A stretch of 62,858 nucleotides of DNA, counting the filler, from Vannella sp. (lineage: Eukaryota), in NCBI GenBank assembly GCA_023345925.1. It is 8 parts of 8 records of this genome, joined end to end, with 100 filler letters (N's around TTAATTAATTAA, not from the genome) between each part and the next. Parts side by side here need not be neighbours in the genome. Positions count along the whole stretch, not along the records: positions 1 to 21,323 come from JAJQQN010000575.1; 7 more parts are not named here. The stretch is one strand, 5' to 3'. The translations under genes and the position numbers were made by a program. Of the stretch, positions 1 to 11,600 are shown piece after piece. The notes under the pieces were generated by a model. The model saw only the letters and a program-made list of their open reading frames with translations, ran no database searches and had not been told where the DNA came from. Numbering within the stretch: position 1 is the stretch's first letter; the number at the start of each line of letters is the position of its first letter.

Positions 1-76
1 AAAATGAAATCATTCCAAAAGCTTATCCTGAAGAGATGGAGGTCATCAGGGCAAGCTACGCAAACACGAGTTCTGC
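1..76 (+). repeat. 76-bp dispersed repeat, copy A (may extend upstream of the window)
   Basis: 71/76 identical to the reverse complement of 41876-41951 by manual alignment. Confidence 0.85.
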
Positions 77-208
77 CCCATCTTCCCCTTCACTCACTCG
101 TGGATTTTCTCAACATGGACTTTGGACAGTGGATAAAATGGCTCTTCTGTTTTCAATCAAAATGAACAATAATTGATTAGTTGGTCATTGTTTTGGGGTC
201 TGGAGAGG

Positions 209-560
209 ATGGACGGATACGACGCTGAGCCTCAGATTATGGACCTGGATGAGAATAGTGTCGTCGGGGATGCACGTAAGACGTCACAATACATGACAAA
301 GTACGAGAGAGCGCGTTTGCTTGGTACTCGAGCGTTGCAGATCAGGTTTGTGGCGTTTCTCAGCCTTTTCTTTCCAACTGACCTCGTATTGAAGCATGAA
401 CGCTCCTCTTACCATCACTGATACAAAGGGACTCACGGATCCCCTTGCTATCGCCGAATTGGAGCTGAAAGAGAAGAAGATCCCGCTCATGGTGCGCCGC
501 TACCTCCCCGACGGAACCTACGAAGACTGGGCTGCCAGCGAGCTCCTCGTCGAGTTCTAA
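209..560 (+). CDS. RPB6: RNA polymerase I/II/III shared subunit RPABC2 (2 exons; intron 346-394)
   Basis: [19 protein letters not shown] joins MNAP...[31 protein letters not shown] across a 49-nt GT-AG intron containing CTGAC. Confidence 0.96.
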
Positions 561-754
561 CCATTCCTAAACGTCCATTCCCACCAAACAAAGCAGTAGA
601 GTACGCGAGGGACCAGCAAAAGTCCAAAGCAAAGGGAAGAGTGCCAAACACGCAAAACACACAACCCCCTCCTGATTGGTTGCGGGAAACGTTTCAAGGA
701 AAAGCAAACTCGCCTTCCGCACAATCATTTGCCATTTTCTCTTGGAAGAGCCTG

Positions 755-2797
755 ATGAATGACTCTGACGGGTGCTCAGGGGAATCAAGTGGGGATGAAC
801 CGTATGTCCCTAAAGTTGAACAAAAGAAAGGGGTGTTAGAAGCCTCGCAAACGTCTCGTAAGCCTCGTGGAAACAGCTTTTTGAACAGGATTAAGTCGCT
901 TCCCTCTGATGACCTGGCCAAGTTTGTCCCAGGGCTTGATACGAAGAAGAGATCCTCGATGAACGGAGCAGGAGACAAAAAGAAGAAGAGGGAGCCGCGT
1001 CGTCCCCGGGGAGGTTCCAACGAAGATCCTCCTGGAGAAGCCATCTCCCTCCCCAGTGCACCAGTGGGTGCCTCTTCAGAGAGGGCTCGCTCCTTCTCCT
1101 CTGCAATGGACCCCAAAGAACAGACTCCGGCCCAACATGGACATCGAGAGGTGGCAAAGTTTAATGCCTCAGCTGAAGACCTGCTGACGAGTATCAAGTT
1201 CGTAGAGCAGAGTGAAGAGGACGACTTCCTTGCAGATGATTCCTCAACGCCAACATCGACCTCACCACGATCGAGATCAAATTCCCGCCCCAGCTCCCGA
1301 GAGGAGATGGAGACAGCAGCCAGCAGAAGAGCCAAACTCCTTCAACGCTTTGCTTCTCAAGCTGGAGGAATGACAGAGAATGAGAACGCGCTAACTGAAG
1401 GTCAAGAGGGAGACGAGGACTCGAGGAAAGAGCGAGCTGCGGGAAGCAATAAGACCTTCCACAAACGCTTCCAACTGCCTGATGAGGTGGTGATTGATGA
1501 CTACATCTGTGCATGTCTACTCCGTGGGACTTTGCTCACACAAGGGTCCATGTACATCACCCACAACTTGATCGCCTTCTACGCCAACCTGTTTGGCAAG
1601 AAGGTGCGGATTATCATCCCCTTCACTGATGTGTTGGCCCTCCGAAAGTGTAAGATACTCAAATCGATCCCAAACTCCATTGAGATCCACACAATCACCA
1701 AAAAGTACTTCTTTGCGTCGTTCCTTCACCGCGAGTCCGCATTCCAACTACTTAATCGATCCTGGCGGAGCGTACGATGCAAGATGGGAAGTCCTGTTAT
1801 TGATGAGGTGCTTCCCTTTGATGCAGAGGACTCTGAGATTGAATGGGGACAAGATATTGGCTACGACTGGCAAGCGGACGACTTGGACTTGGACGTTGAA
1901 GAGTTCTGTGATATCAAGCTGCCACCCACTTCACCCAATTGCTGTCATGAAACGCGGTGGGAGCCAAAGATCTCTTCAAGATACGAAGAGGTTTACCCGT
2001 TAACGGTGCAGGAATTCTACACGCATTTCCTTTCTGGCGCTTCAGAGGCGTTCTGGCGCGAATTTCATTCTCGCGATGGTTATGATAACTTTTCTATGAC
2101 GGCTTGGGATTCCTCTCCTGAGGATTGCTGTTGGGTGCGCCATGCTGAGTTCAAGGCGCCCATTCGATTCTCTTTGGCTCCCAAGAGCACGCGAGTGTCT
2201 CAAGAGCACCACTGTCGATTTGTCTCACCCAACGAAATGATCTTCGAGACAACTACAAGAGCGCACGATGTGCCTTACTCCAACCAATTTCTTGTAGATG
2301 CAAGGTGGCGCATTGCCACCTTCCCAGGAGGCCAATGCCGACTCTCAATTGATATCACGGTGCGATTCACTCGTAAGCGTTGGCTTAAAAGCATGATTGA
2401 GCGTAACACTATTGACGGATCCCGAGAATGGTTTGAAAACTGGATGCGAAGTGCATTGGCAGCAGCCAAGAACATTAAAGCAAACTCCAGTACTCCCAAA
2501 GCGCTGCGGCGCTCCAAAGATGACATTCTCCGACGCTCAATCATTCATTTACCAGCCAGTAATCAGCTCAGTTCGAGGCCTCTTCCTTCCTTGGTGCGAC
2601 AACTGACCTCAGGAGCAATCGGGAAAATCTTACTCGGTGTCACTTTCCTTCTTCTTTTGTGTTTTATTGTATTATCTGTGTTCCTTCTCATGGAAAACCG
2701 ACACCTGACTGAACAAATTCATCTTCTGGGAGGACATTCCGGACTCGCTGGTAAAGAAGAGTGCGACCAACTCCGCTCCCTTTCTCTCCCGGACTAA
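755..2797 (+). CDS. GRAM + VASt (StART-like) sterol-transfer protein with C-terminal TM (GRAMD1/Lam family)
   Basis: FHKRFQLP...QGSMYITHNLIAFYANLFG...IPNSIEI...KKYFFASF (GRAM); HDVPYSNQFLVDARW (VASt); TM ILLGVTFLLLLCFIVLSVFLL; first in-frame ATG at 755. Confidence 0.88.
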   Translation: MNDSDGCSGESSGDEPYVPKVEQKKGVLEASQTSRKPRGNSFLNRIKSLPSDDLAKFVPGLDTKKRSSMNGAGDKKKKREPRRPRGGSNEDPPGEAISLPSAPVGASSERARSFSSAMDPKEQTPAQHGHREVAKFNASAEDLLTSIKFVEQSEEDDFLADDSSTPTSTSPRSRSNSRPSSREEMETAASRRAKLLQRFASQAGGMTENENALTEGQEGDEDSRKERAAGSNKTFHKRFQLPDEVVIDDYICACLLRGTLLTQGSMYITHNLIAFYANLFGKKVRIIIPFTDVLALRKCKILKSIPNSIEIHTITKKYFFASFLHRESAFQLLNRSWRSVRCKMGSPVIDEVLPFDAEDSEIEWGQDIGYDWQADDLDLDVEEFCDIKLPPTSPNCCHETRWEPKISSRYEEVYPLTVQEFYTHFLSGASEAFWREFHSRDGYDNFSMTAWDSSPEDCCWVRHAEFKAPIRFSLAPKSTRVSQEHHCRFVSPNEMIFETTTRAHDVPYSNQFLVDARWRIATFPGGQCRLSIDITVRFTRKRWLKSMIERNTIDGSREWFENWMRSALAAAKNIKANSSTPKALRRSKDDILRRSIIHLPASNQLSSRPLPSLVRQLTSGAIGKILLGVTFLLLLCFIVLSVFLLMENRHLTEQIHLLGGHSGLAGKEECDQLRSLSLPD

Positions 2798-2854
2798 ACC
2801 AATATTGAAAGGAATATATTTGGACTGGTTGGGCTCTTCAATAAATAGCGGGGC

Positions 2855-4678
2855 TTAGAGGAGAAGAGCACCGAGAAGAACGGCAACAAGAAGGAAGAAA
2901 CTGGGCATCACCTGGAAAGAGTTGTTGCTCACACGAATAATGAAAAAGTCGTCGTCATCAATGGGGATGACAACAAGACTCTCTCGAGTGAGGTATCTAG
3001 ACTCTGGGGCAAGAGGGAGGGGAGAACCAGGGGTTTTGGGATCTTCAGGAGAGAATTTGAAAGTTGACTTGGAGTAGGTCTGGTCTGGAACCTTCACTGG
3101 AGGTTGAGCAGGAACCTGAGGGAGATTGACAGAGGGATCCTGGCAAGGAACTCCATAGAACGCAAATTGAGAGTAACCCGCCTCCAGAATGGTGCCATCG
3201 AACATGGGATCCCGACGATTCAGTTTGTTAAAGTAACCTGTGAAGTCTCCCGAGCAAACAATAACAGTAGCCTGCTCGAAAGCAGAAACTCGAATGACAA
3301 GAACAGACTCGAGAGGAATGTTCAGCTGAGAGGCGATAAGACTCCTCAACTCACGGCCAATTCCGTCTCCGATACTATTGCGAAGCTGTCGTAGCTGGAC
3401 AATGAATTCACCAGTGCTAGCACCGCCGGGCTGAACGAATACTGGGAGGTTGACCGGGAAAGACAAAGAACGCGATGCTGTGGGACTTCCGAACTGAGAG
3501 GGAGAAGCCGTTGCTGTGGCAGAAGGAATGACAGGCGTGGCAGTGGCAGTCAGAGAGATACTTGGCGTCTTGCTGTTGGATTTGGTATCTGAAGGAGAAC
3601 CAGTCGGGGTCCTGCTGGGGCTAGTGCTTGCCGCAGGGGTACCAGACGAACTCTCAGAGATTGACGGGGATGCAGTAGGTGTGGTCGAGATCGAAGGGGA
3701 GATAGAGATCGAGCCGGTAGGCGTGTCACTTGGAGAGCCTGTGGAAGAGAAGGAGATTGATCCGGTGCTCGAAGAACTCGCAGTTCCGGTGCTAGAGCCA
3801 GTGGCAGAGGAGCTGGGGGTAGAAGAGACTGACGAAGATACACTGGAAGAAGCAGTAGGTGAGATCGTTTCAGTAGGAGAAGCAGATACAGTGGCTGACG
3901 CTGTTGGTGAGCTAGAACTCGTGGATGTACCACTGGAAGTCGCTGAGCTTGTTGGCGTATTTGTTGAGGTCACAGAACTTGAAGAGGTCTCGCTGGGAGT
4001 GATAGAGCTCGAAGGAGTTACGCTGGGAGTGGTAGAACTTGAAGAAGTCACGCTGGGACTCACAGAGCTTGAAGAGGTCTCACTGGGAGTAACAGAGCTT
4101 GAAGAGGTCTCGCTGGGAGTGATAGAGCTCGAAGGAGTCTCGCTGGGGGTGATGGAGCTTGAGGAAGTCTCGCTGGGGGTGATAGAGCTTGAAGGGGTCT
4201 CGCTGGGAGTGATTGAGCCCGATGGAGTTTCGCTGGGAGTCACAGAGCTTGAAGGGGTCTCGCTGGGAGTGATTGAGCCCGATGGAGAATCACTGGGAGA
4301 AAGAGAGCCTGACGGAGTGTTACTAGGAGTGACAGAGTTGGATGGGGTGTCGCTGGGGGTGATTGAGCTTGTCGCTGTTCCGCTCGGCGTCTGACTAATT
4401 GTCGGCGTTTCGCTCGGGGTAATGCTTATCGTGCTAGTTCCACTCGGGGTGATACTGATAGTAGGACTCTCACTAGGCGTGATGCTAATAGTGGGAGTCC
4501 CGCTCGGAGTAATCGAAATAGAAGGACTTTCACTGGGGGTGATGCTAGCTGAGCCCACAGAGATCGTTACGCTCTGAGTTACTGAGACAGTTTCACTCGG
4601 TGTTGCCGACGAAGAAGGAGACTGCGCGCAAGAAAGTGCGAGGAGACAGAGAAAGGCAAAGGGAACAGCAGCCCGCAT
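2855..4678 (-). CDS. Ser/Thr/Pro-rich mucin-like surface protein with signal peptide and likely GPI signal
   Basis: MRAAVPFAFLCLLALSCA start; many ~10-aa repeats such as SSSITPSETP; hydrophobic C-terminus FFLLVAVLLGALLL. Confidence 0.8.
   Translation of the reverse strand: MRAAVPFAFLCLLALSCAQSPSSSATPSETVSVTQSVTISVGSASITPSESPSISITPSGTPTISITPSESPTISITPSGTSTISITPSETPTISQTPSGTATSSITPSDTPSNSVTPSNTPSGSLSPSDSPSGSITPSETPSSSVTPSETPSGSITPSETPSSSITPSETSSSSITPSETPSSSITPSETSSSSVTPSETSSSSVSPSVTSSSSTTPSVTPSSSITPSETSSSSVTSTNTPTSSATSSGTSTSSSSPTASATVSASPTETISPTASSSVSSSVSSTPSSSATGSSTGTASSSSTGSISFSSTGSPSDTPTGSISISPSISTTPTASPSISESSSGTPAASTSPSRTPTGSPSDTKSNSKTPSISLTATATPVIPSATATASPSQFGSPTASRSLSFPVNLPVFVQPGGASTGEFIVQLRQLRNSIGDGIGRELRSLIASQLNIPLESVLVIRVSAFEQATVIVCSGDFTGYFNKLNRRDPMFDGTILEAGYSQFAFYGVPCQDPSVNLPQVPAQPPVKVPDQTYSKSTFKFSPEDPKTPGSPLPLAPESRYLTRESLVVIPIDDDDFFIIRVSNNSFQVMPSFFLLVAVLLGALLL
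3960..4550 (-). repeat. ~30-bp coding tandem repeat (ITPSET-type units) within the mucin-like gene; boundaries approximate
   Basis: Recurring + strand units such as CGCTGGGAGTGATAGAGCTCGAAGGAGTCT. Confidence 0.85.
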
Positions 4679-4778
4679 GGAAGGCGGCAGCAGCAAGTGG
4701 ACTGTCCATCGTCCAATGAGATTACTCGCTTTTATCCCCTCCAAATTGGGAAAGGCAGTTTGTGTCATCAAATGAGCA

Positions 4779-7729
4779 TTAGCTTGGAGAGAGGTTCCTT
4801 GGCGTTAAATTCTTTTCTACTGTTTCTCGGGTGAGGGCATGCAAATTTGGGAGGTTGGTGAAAGTGAAGTTGAGGAGATTATTGTTTCCTCCTCTTGGGG
4901 ATTTCAGGACCTCAAGATTAGGCGCTCTTGGAGCCAAAGTTTCTTTGTAATGAGCGCGGGGTGTGGACGTTGTGAAGGAAGTCTGAGGGTTAACTTGGAA
5001 GGAGGAGGCAGCCCGAGAAGGATCTATTTGAATGTCACTTTGTGATTCAGGGAAGACTCTGCGAACCTACCAAAGTAACTCGTGTCATACTCATCTTCAA
5101 GCTTTGGCTTAAATGTAGCTTCTTCAAGCGGGAGCTTCTCCCAATCAATCCCTTTGAAGAAGGGGTGCACTTGAATTTCTAAGCTCCAGTAAGTCTGAAT
5201 ACTCATCAGAAGGATTGGAGAACAAACCAGGAAAGGTGATTCGCTCATTCGGATCTGACACTAGAAGCTTGGTGATAAGATCGTGGGCATCATGGGAGAG
5301 ATCTTCGGGAATGTCAGGCCAAGTGATATTCTCGTTCAGAATGTTCTCAAAGATCTCATCCGTAGAGCTCGCTGAGAAAGGCGGAACACCAAGAATAAGC
5401 TCATACAGCATTACTCCCAAAGCCCACCAATCCACAGCCTTTCCATGACCAAGTCCGAGAATAACTTCGGGAGCGATGTAATCGGGAGTTCCTACTTTGC
5501 TCGATAGCCGCTTCTTTTGTCCAATACTGAGGTTAGGTGCCATCTGTTGCATGAAGTCTTGATACTCCTCCTGGAAGGGAACGCTTTTTCGGTTGGCAGG
5601 AGCCTTCGGCTTCAGTGCATTACCAAATCTTTGAAGTTCATCATCAAGAGGGTTCTCACCAGGGAAAGCGGAATAGAAATCAGAGTCCTCTAGACCATAG
5701 CTGCTCAAGCCAAAGTCGGTCAACTTAGTATGCCCGTTGCTTGCCACCAGAACATTATCAGGCTTGAGGTCCCGGTGCACGATTCCTTTTCCATGGATGT
5801 AGTTTAAAGCCAGGGCAATTTCGGCTATAAAGGTGCGCGCCAAAGCTTCATCCAAGGCGCCAAGTGAACTGATGAGACTAAGAAGGTCACCTCCATTCAA
5901 GTATTCCATCACCCAGAATAGATATTCCTCATTTTGGAAAGTGTAGAACAACCGAACCACGCAAGGGTGGTGGACCGAAGCTAAAATGTCTCGCTCTCGC
6001 TTGACATTCTCAAATTGATTGTTTGCGAAGGCAGTAGCCTTCTTTATGACCTTGAGAGCGTAGATGTCACCAGTCAAGATCTTCTTTGCAATATAAACAC
6101 TCCCAAATGCGCCTTTGGAAAGCGGCTTAACGATCTCAAAGTCTCCAATGGAAGGCTTGGAGGACAATGGGATGAGTAATCGAGTGGCTGATAACTGCTG
6201 CGTGCTAATCTTGATGGCTGCGATAAGTTTCAGTTCTTCTTGAACAGCAATATCAAGAGGAATCAGAATGCGAGAGCAGAGAGTGCCTTCAGATTGTCTC
6301 TTGGTCAATATGAAGGAGATGTTCTCTTTCAAATCTTTGCAAGCATTTGTTAGGGACCGAATTTCAGCTTCCTTGTTTCCCAGAGGGGATTCCAGCAGCT
6401 CTTTCAGGATCAACTTGATCTTACTGACCGCTTCTCGCATTTCAGAATCAGGATCATTTGGATTAGCATCTTCATACTTGATCAAGCGAATCAATGCCTT
6501 ATTGAATGCTGCTCCACAATGCTCCGCCCTGTTCAAGTTAGAAAGAAAGGACCAACGGAATGAAGAGACTCACTGTTTCTGGAATCCCTGCAAGTCAATT
6601 GTATACTTGATGCACTTCATTTCGTGGCCTTCAAACTCTGCCACAGGGAAGGGTTGATCGCATAGACGACAAATGATTGATTCATCCGTCTCCGCTTCCT
6701 TTGGTTGATTGAGAAACTCCATAGGGAGACTCAGGTCCATGGCCAAAGGCTTTTTAGGGACTTTCGACGTAACAGGGGTGTTTGGTTTCTCTTCTAAGTT
6801 TGACTCGAATTGAATTTGTACCTTTTGCTCTTTCCTCTGCACATCTGGCCTTGGAGGGTCCAACATTGGGGGCCCAATTAGGATTGGCTCCCTCTCAGGA
6901 GAGGTTGGCTCTCTGGGGGACTTTGAACTCTTCCGTCCCCGGGGACTTAGAATGCTCTTCAGCTTCTTGGTGACCATTCCTCGTCTGGATTCCCTCGGAG
7001 AGAGAAAGCCAATACCTTCAATATCCGCCTGCAGAGTCTGAGTTTCTATTCTCTGCAATCTAGCCTCTCTCCTTGAAGTTGGCTTGGCTTTGAATGGATG
7101 TCAGAAGCTCAGTTATCTCCCTTCTTGACAAGTGACTCACCGTCCTGGGAAGGGAAGGCCTCTTCGTCCAGTGGGGATACCATACCCGATTCCACTGATT
7201 TCTGTGAAGAATAGTGAGTATGTAGAGCGAGACTGGGCTGGTGACCACTCACAAGGAAGCGAGAGAGGCGCGAAAGGCGACAGCAGAGGAGAAGAACTCG
7301 CGTGGCGATCCGTTTACCAGGCCATCGTTGTTCCCAGTGAACATTAATCTTCTGAAGAGCAGTTACTAGCGGTATGAGGATCGCCTGATCCCGAAAAGAG
7401 TGGCTATCAAGCTTCTCAATGAGGTTGAGTTGAGTTCTCAGGGCTCTGTGTGCTTTGCGTGATGAGGACGAGGTACACTCTTGCTGTGCTTCCATCAATA
7501 GAGATGAATTGGCTTGTACATAGTCGTGCAGGTCCCGCACTTCGCGGTCAACGCGAGACGAAAGCAGTCCCTCCGCCGTACCTTCTCCCCCTCTCAACAT
7601 GCTTTCCCCCTCTTGAGCTGTAACGCTTAATGATGGAGGAAGTGAGCAGCGCTCTCCCATGACACCCTCCCACAGAATGAGAATAGCCCTCGATCGATCC
7701 GGTCGTACGAAAGATTGATTTCTGCTCAT
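4779..7729 (-). CDS. AGC Ser/Thr kinase of IRE/IREH-Rim15-MAST type (multi-exon; start uncertain)
   Basis: DFEIVKPLSKGAFGSVY, HRDLKPDN, LTDFGLS, kinase insert, VGTPDYIAPE; zinc-finger-like IICRLCDQ...HEMKC; AGC tail HPFFKGIDW...DTSYF spliced to NFTFTNLPNL; stop at 4779. Confidence 0.88.
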
Positions 7730-7906
7730 TCCTACAATTCACTCATTCCACGAATCTCACAATTTTTATTGTAACGTGTTGTATCCATCGAAACTAATGA
7801 AAGCAATCACGGTCGAAAAAGATGTGTCCACACCAAACGGAAACTTCAAAGGAGTATTCCAGCTGAGCCTACACCAACCCCAGTTTTTCCTTGAGAATCG
7901 GTTACG

Positions 7907-8548
7907 ATGGAAACTCGTCTTCTTGGAAGAACACGCGTAAGTCCTCGATAAGGAACTGTTCGCCAGAGCTTGTATCGTCTATGGGCGGCTCAGTTTTGGT
8001 CGGTGCGGATGAGCATAGCATGGAAAAGAGAACAGGCCTGCCCGCCAGAGTATACGAGAGCTTTGCGGGTGATGAAGAGTCATCTGAAAGCGGGAATTCA
8101 ACCTTTGGCCTCCATCTCGACCGAAGTGTGGCAACATGGAACCATTCATCTCTACTCTGGCCACTTTTCACCTCGTGACATACCCTCAGAGCCTCATTGG
8201 AGATGGAATCAGACGCGAGCGCCAGAAACGCTTACGTTTGAAGGAAGAACTGTCCGTATTCGCAAGCTTACAGCACGACTACGCCTTCCAGAAGACCAAA
8301 GAGCTCCCTCACTCAAGTTGTGGCAATATGACATCTCTCAAGAAGACCCTCCGTCCGCCATGACGCTCTTCTGGTGCGAAAAAGGGAGGATTGTCGAGTT
8401 CTTTCAACAGTCAAGCCCCCCCAAACCTTCAGCAGAGCCCGAGGAGAGTCCAGACTGGGACTCCCTCCGATTAGAAGACTTCTCTTTCCTTTTCCACTTC
8501 ATGGCTGACCCCAAACTCGCAGCCGACCTGTGGCCAACCCACCAATAG
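7907..8548 (+). CDS. Hypothetical protein (possible 30-nt intron 7937-7966)
   Basis: ATG at 7907 joins the 7970-8548 ORF via GTAAGT...CAG; no recognisable domain. Confidence 0.4.
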
Positions 8549-8685
8549 GGGACGAGCACCCCCAACCCCGTTTATATCTGTATTCTCCACCTCCTATGTA
8601 CCGTCTTGTTATTTTTAATCACTTTGTAACGTGAATGAACCAATTTTCCCTCTTTTCTGAAAGTCAGTTTGCAGAAGCCCTTCTG

Positions 8686-11600
8686 ATGACGGAGACGTTG
8701 GTAACTCTCTTTGTCACCAAGGAGAGGTTCTTTAAGAACTCGCGGCGAGTTCTAACGCTTCATGAGAAGAAGTAGGTGCAAGGGTAGAGAAAGGGGGCCG
8801 ACGGGGACTGACTTTTGGGCGAAGTTTGGTCTCGCATGAAGGCGTTGAGCTTGTCAAGTTTAAGCTGCCCTATCGGGAGATTCAGGGACTTGGACCTGCT
8901 CCAAAGACAAACCAGTTCGTATTGAAGATCCCTCAGATGAGCGAAACCTACATCACAGACTCTCCCGAGCACAAAGAGACTGTCCTGGCTTTCCTTCACG
9001 ACTTTCGCAAGAGAGTCTCGCGCAAGGGCGAGGAGAACAATATAGACTTACTCCAAATGAAGGCCTTTACCGAAGAAGTAAGCTTTCTCCATTGTTCGTC
9101 CTCCCTTTGGCTCATCTTCTTCCTTCCCTCCCAGGTTATCTCTGCCACCACTATCTTTAGCAACGTAGCTATCGCCAAGATGGATGGTGAGCGTGTCTAC
9201 TCCTTCAAGTACCTCAAAGACGCGACCGGGATAACCACAGTCGAGGTGATGCGGCTCCCTTTGCCTCTTCACGCTCTTGTGCTCACTGTTGGCTCTTAGG
9301 AAGAGCAAGACGCCTTTGTAGTCAGCTACTCTGATGGATCGAAGACGTACTACAAGATCCAGGGCGGCATTGTGTCAAGTGTGGTGGATTATGTGAAGAA
9401 GCTTCTCGTCAAGTACTATGGACGTACACTGGCGGTAAGCAAGGGAAACTTGGAGAGGATGCTTCCTAGTCCCATTGAGCTACCACCGGACAAGCGCTTG
9501 TTTGGCTTCCCCATCAAGAAGTGGAGCAAACGGCTGGACACCACGGAGAGTCGTGTTCTCTGCCTGACTGCGGAGTCCCTCTACATTTGCGACAGCGCTA
9601 CAGTACTATCTGCCCACCCTCTCTCTTCTATCCAACAGGTCTCCATCTTTGAAGAGGATCCCACAAAGTTCCAGATCTCCTACCATAAGTCCACAAAGTC
9701 CCGTCCTTCTCTCTTCTACTGTGATGAGAGAGACGTTATCATCGCTAATCTGATGAACATGTGCAGCAACAGCAGCGACGGACCTGTCTTTGACCTCTCA
9801 GGGACTCACCCCTTCTACTTCATCCCCGATTCCTGCATGATGGCGCCTGATGCTGACGCAGAGGACCACTTCCTTCGTCGTCTTGCAGTCGTAACGATCC
9901 AATCACCTGATCTGCGAGCCGTACTGAAGGAGTTCTTGCAGTACATTCCTCAGGCTTATGTCCTTCAGGTCAAGGACAGAAGGGCTCTGGTCCAAGCGAT
10001 TGATATGGCTCAAGCCCTCTTCCCACAGTTTGAGAAGGGAGGCAAAGAGGACATTGTCTCTGTTCTGATTGACGTGCTCCTTGTCATTCAACGGCTTTTG
10101 AGTGCGCGGGCGAACTTCCTCGAGATTAAGCTTGTCAAAGGGGTTGCGCAGACTTTCAGTGATCTCATTCGCTCTCGTGATGATCGAATCGTCGCTGCTG
10201 CTACTCAGACCCTCCTGCGAGTGTTGGAGTTGCCGAAGAGCTTCACAGGAAAAGAGGCCAAGCAAGAGTCTGTCAACAAGGCTTACTTCATGTCGCTTGA
10301 TGATAAGGTCTCACCAGTGCTGAATGCAATCCTCTCGACTCTGGTCCAACGAGGAGGGGAGATAATGAGCGATCCAGATAGGAGGAACATTCTGTCCATC
10401 TCAGGGTTGCTCGACGTCCTGGTTTCAATGATGAGCAATCACGCAGCCACAACAGATAAGGCTTGGCTGCGCGAGGTGGCGTCTAAAATGTCTCGGGGCC
10501 GTGTTTTGATAACACTGTTTGAGTTGGCGCGTTCTCCGTGCTTTGCGATTGCTCTTAAGACAACAGCAGTGATTAAGGTGATCTTCTCTCATATTGAAGA
10601 CGATAAGTTAGCAGGGGTCCAGGACATGGGACGGCAGCAGTTGTCTCTTCTCTTCCAAATCTTCCAAGCTGTCAATTCCCGCCTGAAAGCACAACGACTT
10701 GAGTCGGCAGAGCTTGTTGGATTAATGACAGAAGGAAACAACGAGTCTATGAAGCTTGTAGCCCGTATCTTCCCTCCAGGAGTCATACAAGTCCTAGAAA
10801 CGCCTCAACAAAAAGCAGAACCCACAAGGTATCGAGTTCTTCGGGCTGCTGCAGCTCAGGCTCGGACAAAGCTGAATTGGCTGGGCCTTTTCAAACTGAT
10901 TGCTTCGGATGTGAGGACTCCCAGGCTCTTGTGGAACTCAGAGACTCGCAATGAAGTGGTCAAGGAAATCTCCGATGAAATCGAACGATATGAACGGGAG
11001 AAGGACAACAACCAGGAGACGAACAAGATTTGGAACCACGAAGAGTTCTCAGTCGAGTATGACACTCTGAAGAGGGAGTTGATTGTCTCCCACTGCTATT
11101 TGGGTGTCATTCTTGAGCAGCCTGACCAGCTGGACCTCAAACAGCCGGCCTCTTTCCTTTACCAGTGCTTCCACAGGCTGATGATGGATGTGAACGATGA
11201 ACATCGTGTCCGGTACCTCAATGTGATGTCCTGGTGTTATCGTGGCTACTTCCAAGACATTGGGGAGATCTCTTGCCTCCCTAATCTTGTTCAGTTGCTC
11301 GGTATCTACATCGGTGGGAAGCTTAATGGGCCAGTAGGCGCTCTGCTAGAGTTCCTTCTTTCTTCATTCAAGACTCTTGCGAATGTCCGCCAATTCATCA
11401 ATCTCGGGGGTGTAGCAACAGCCTCTGCCTTACTGGGAGACATCTTTGTCCCCAATACCTCGGACCAGACTATTGTCTGCCTCAATGTCCTCCTCGTAGC
11501 CTGCCGTCATGTCTCAAGCACTGACGAGCGCGGGTGCATTAAGATCCCTGTTCCTCGTGCAAAGCGTGAATTGAGTACGCCTGATGCTTTGAGGCACCTT

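Noticed and set aside
3516..4394. 292-aa plus-strand ORF rich in E/G/V/L
   Set aside because: Antisense shadow of the Ser/Thr/Pro repeat gene
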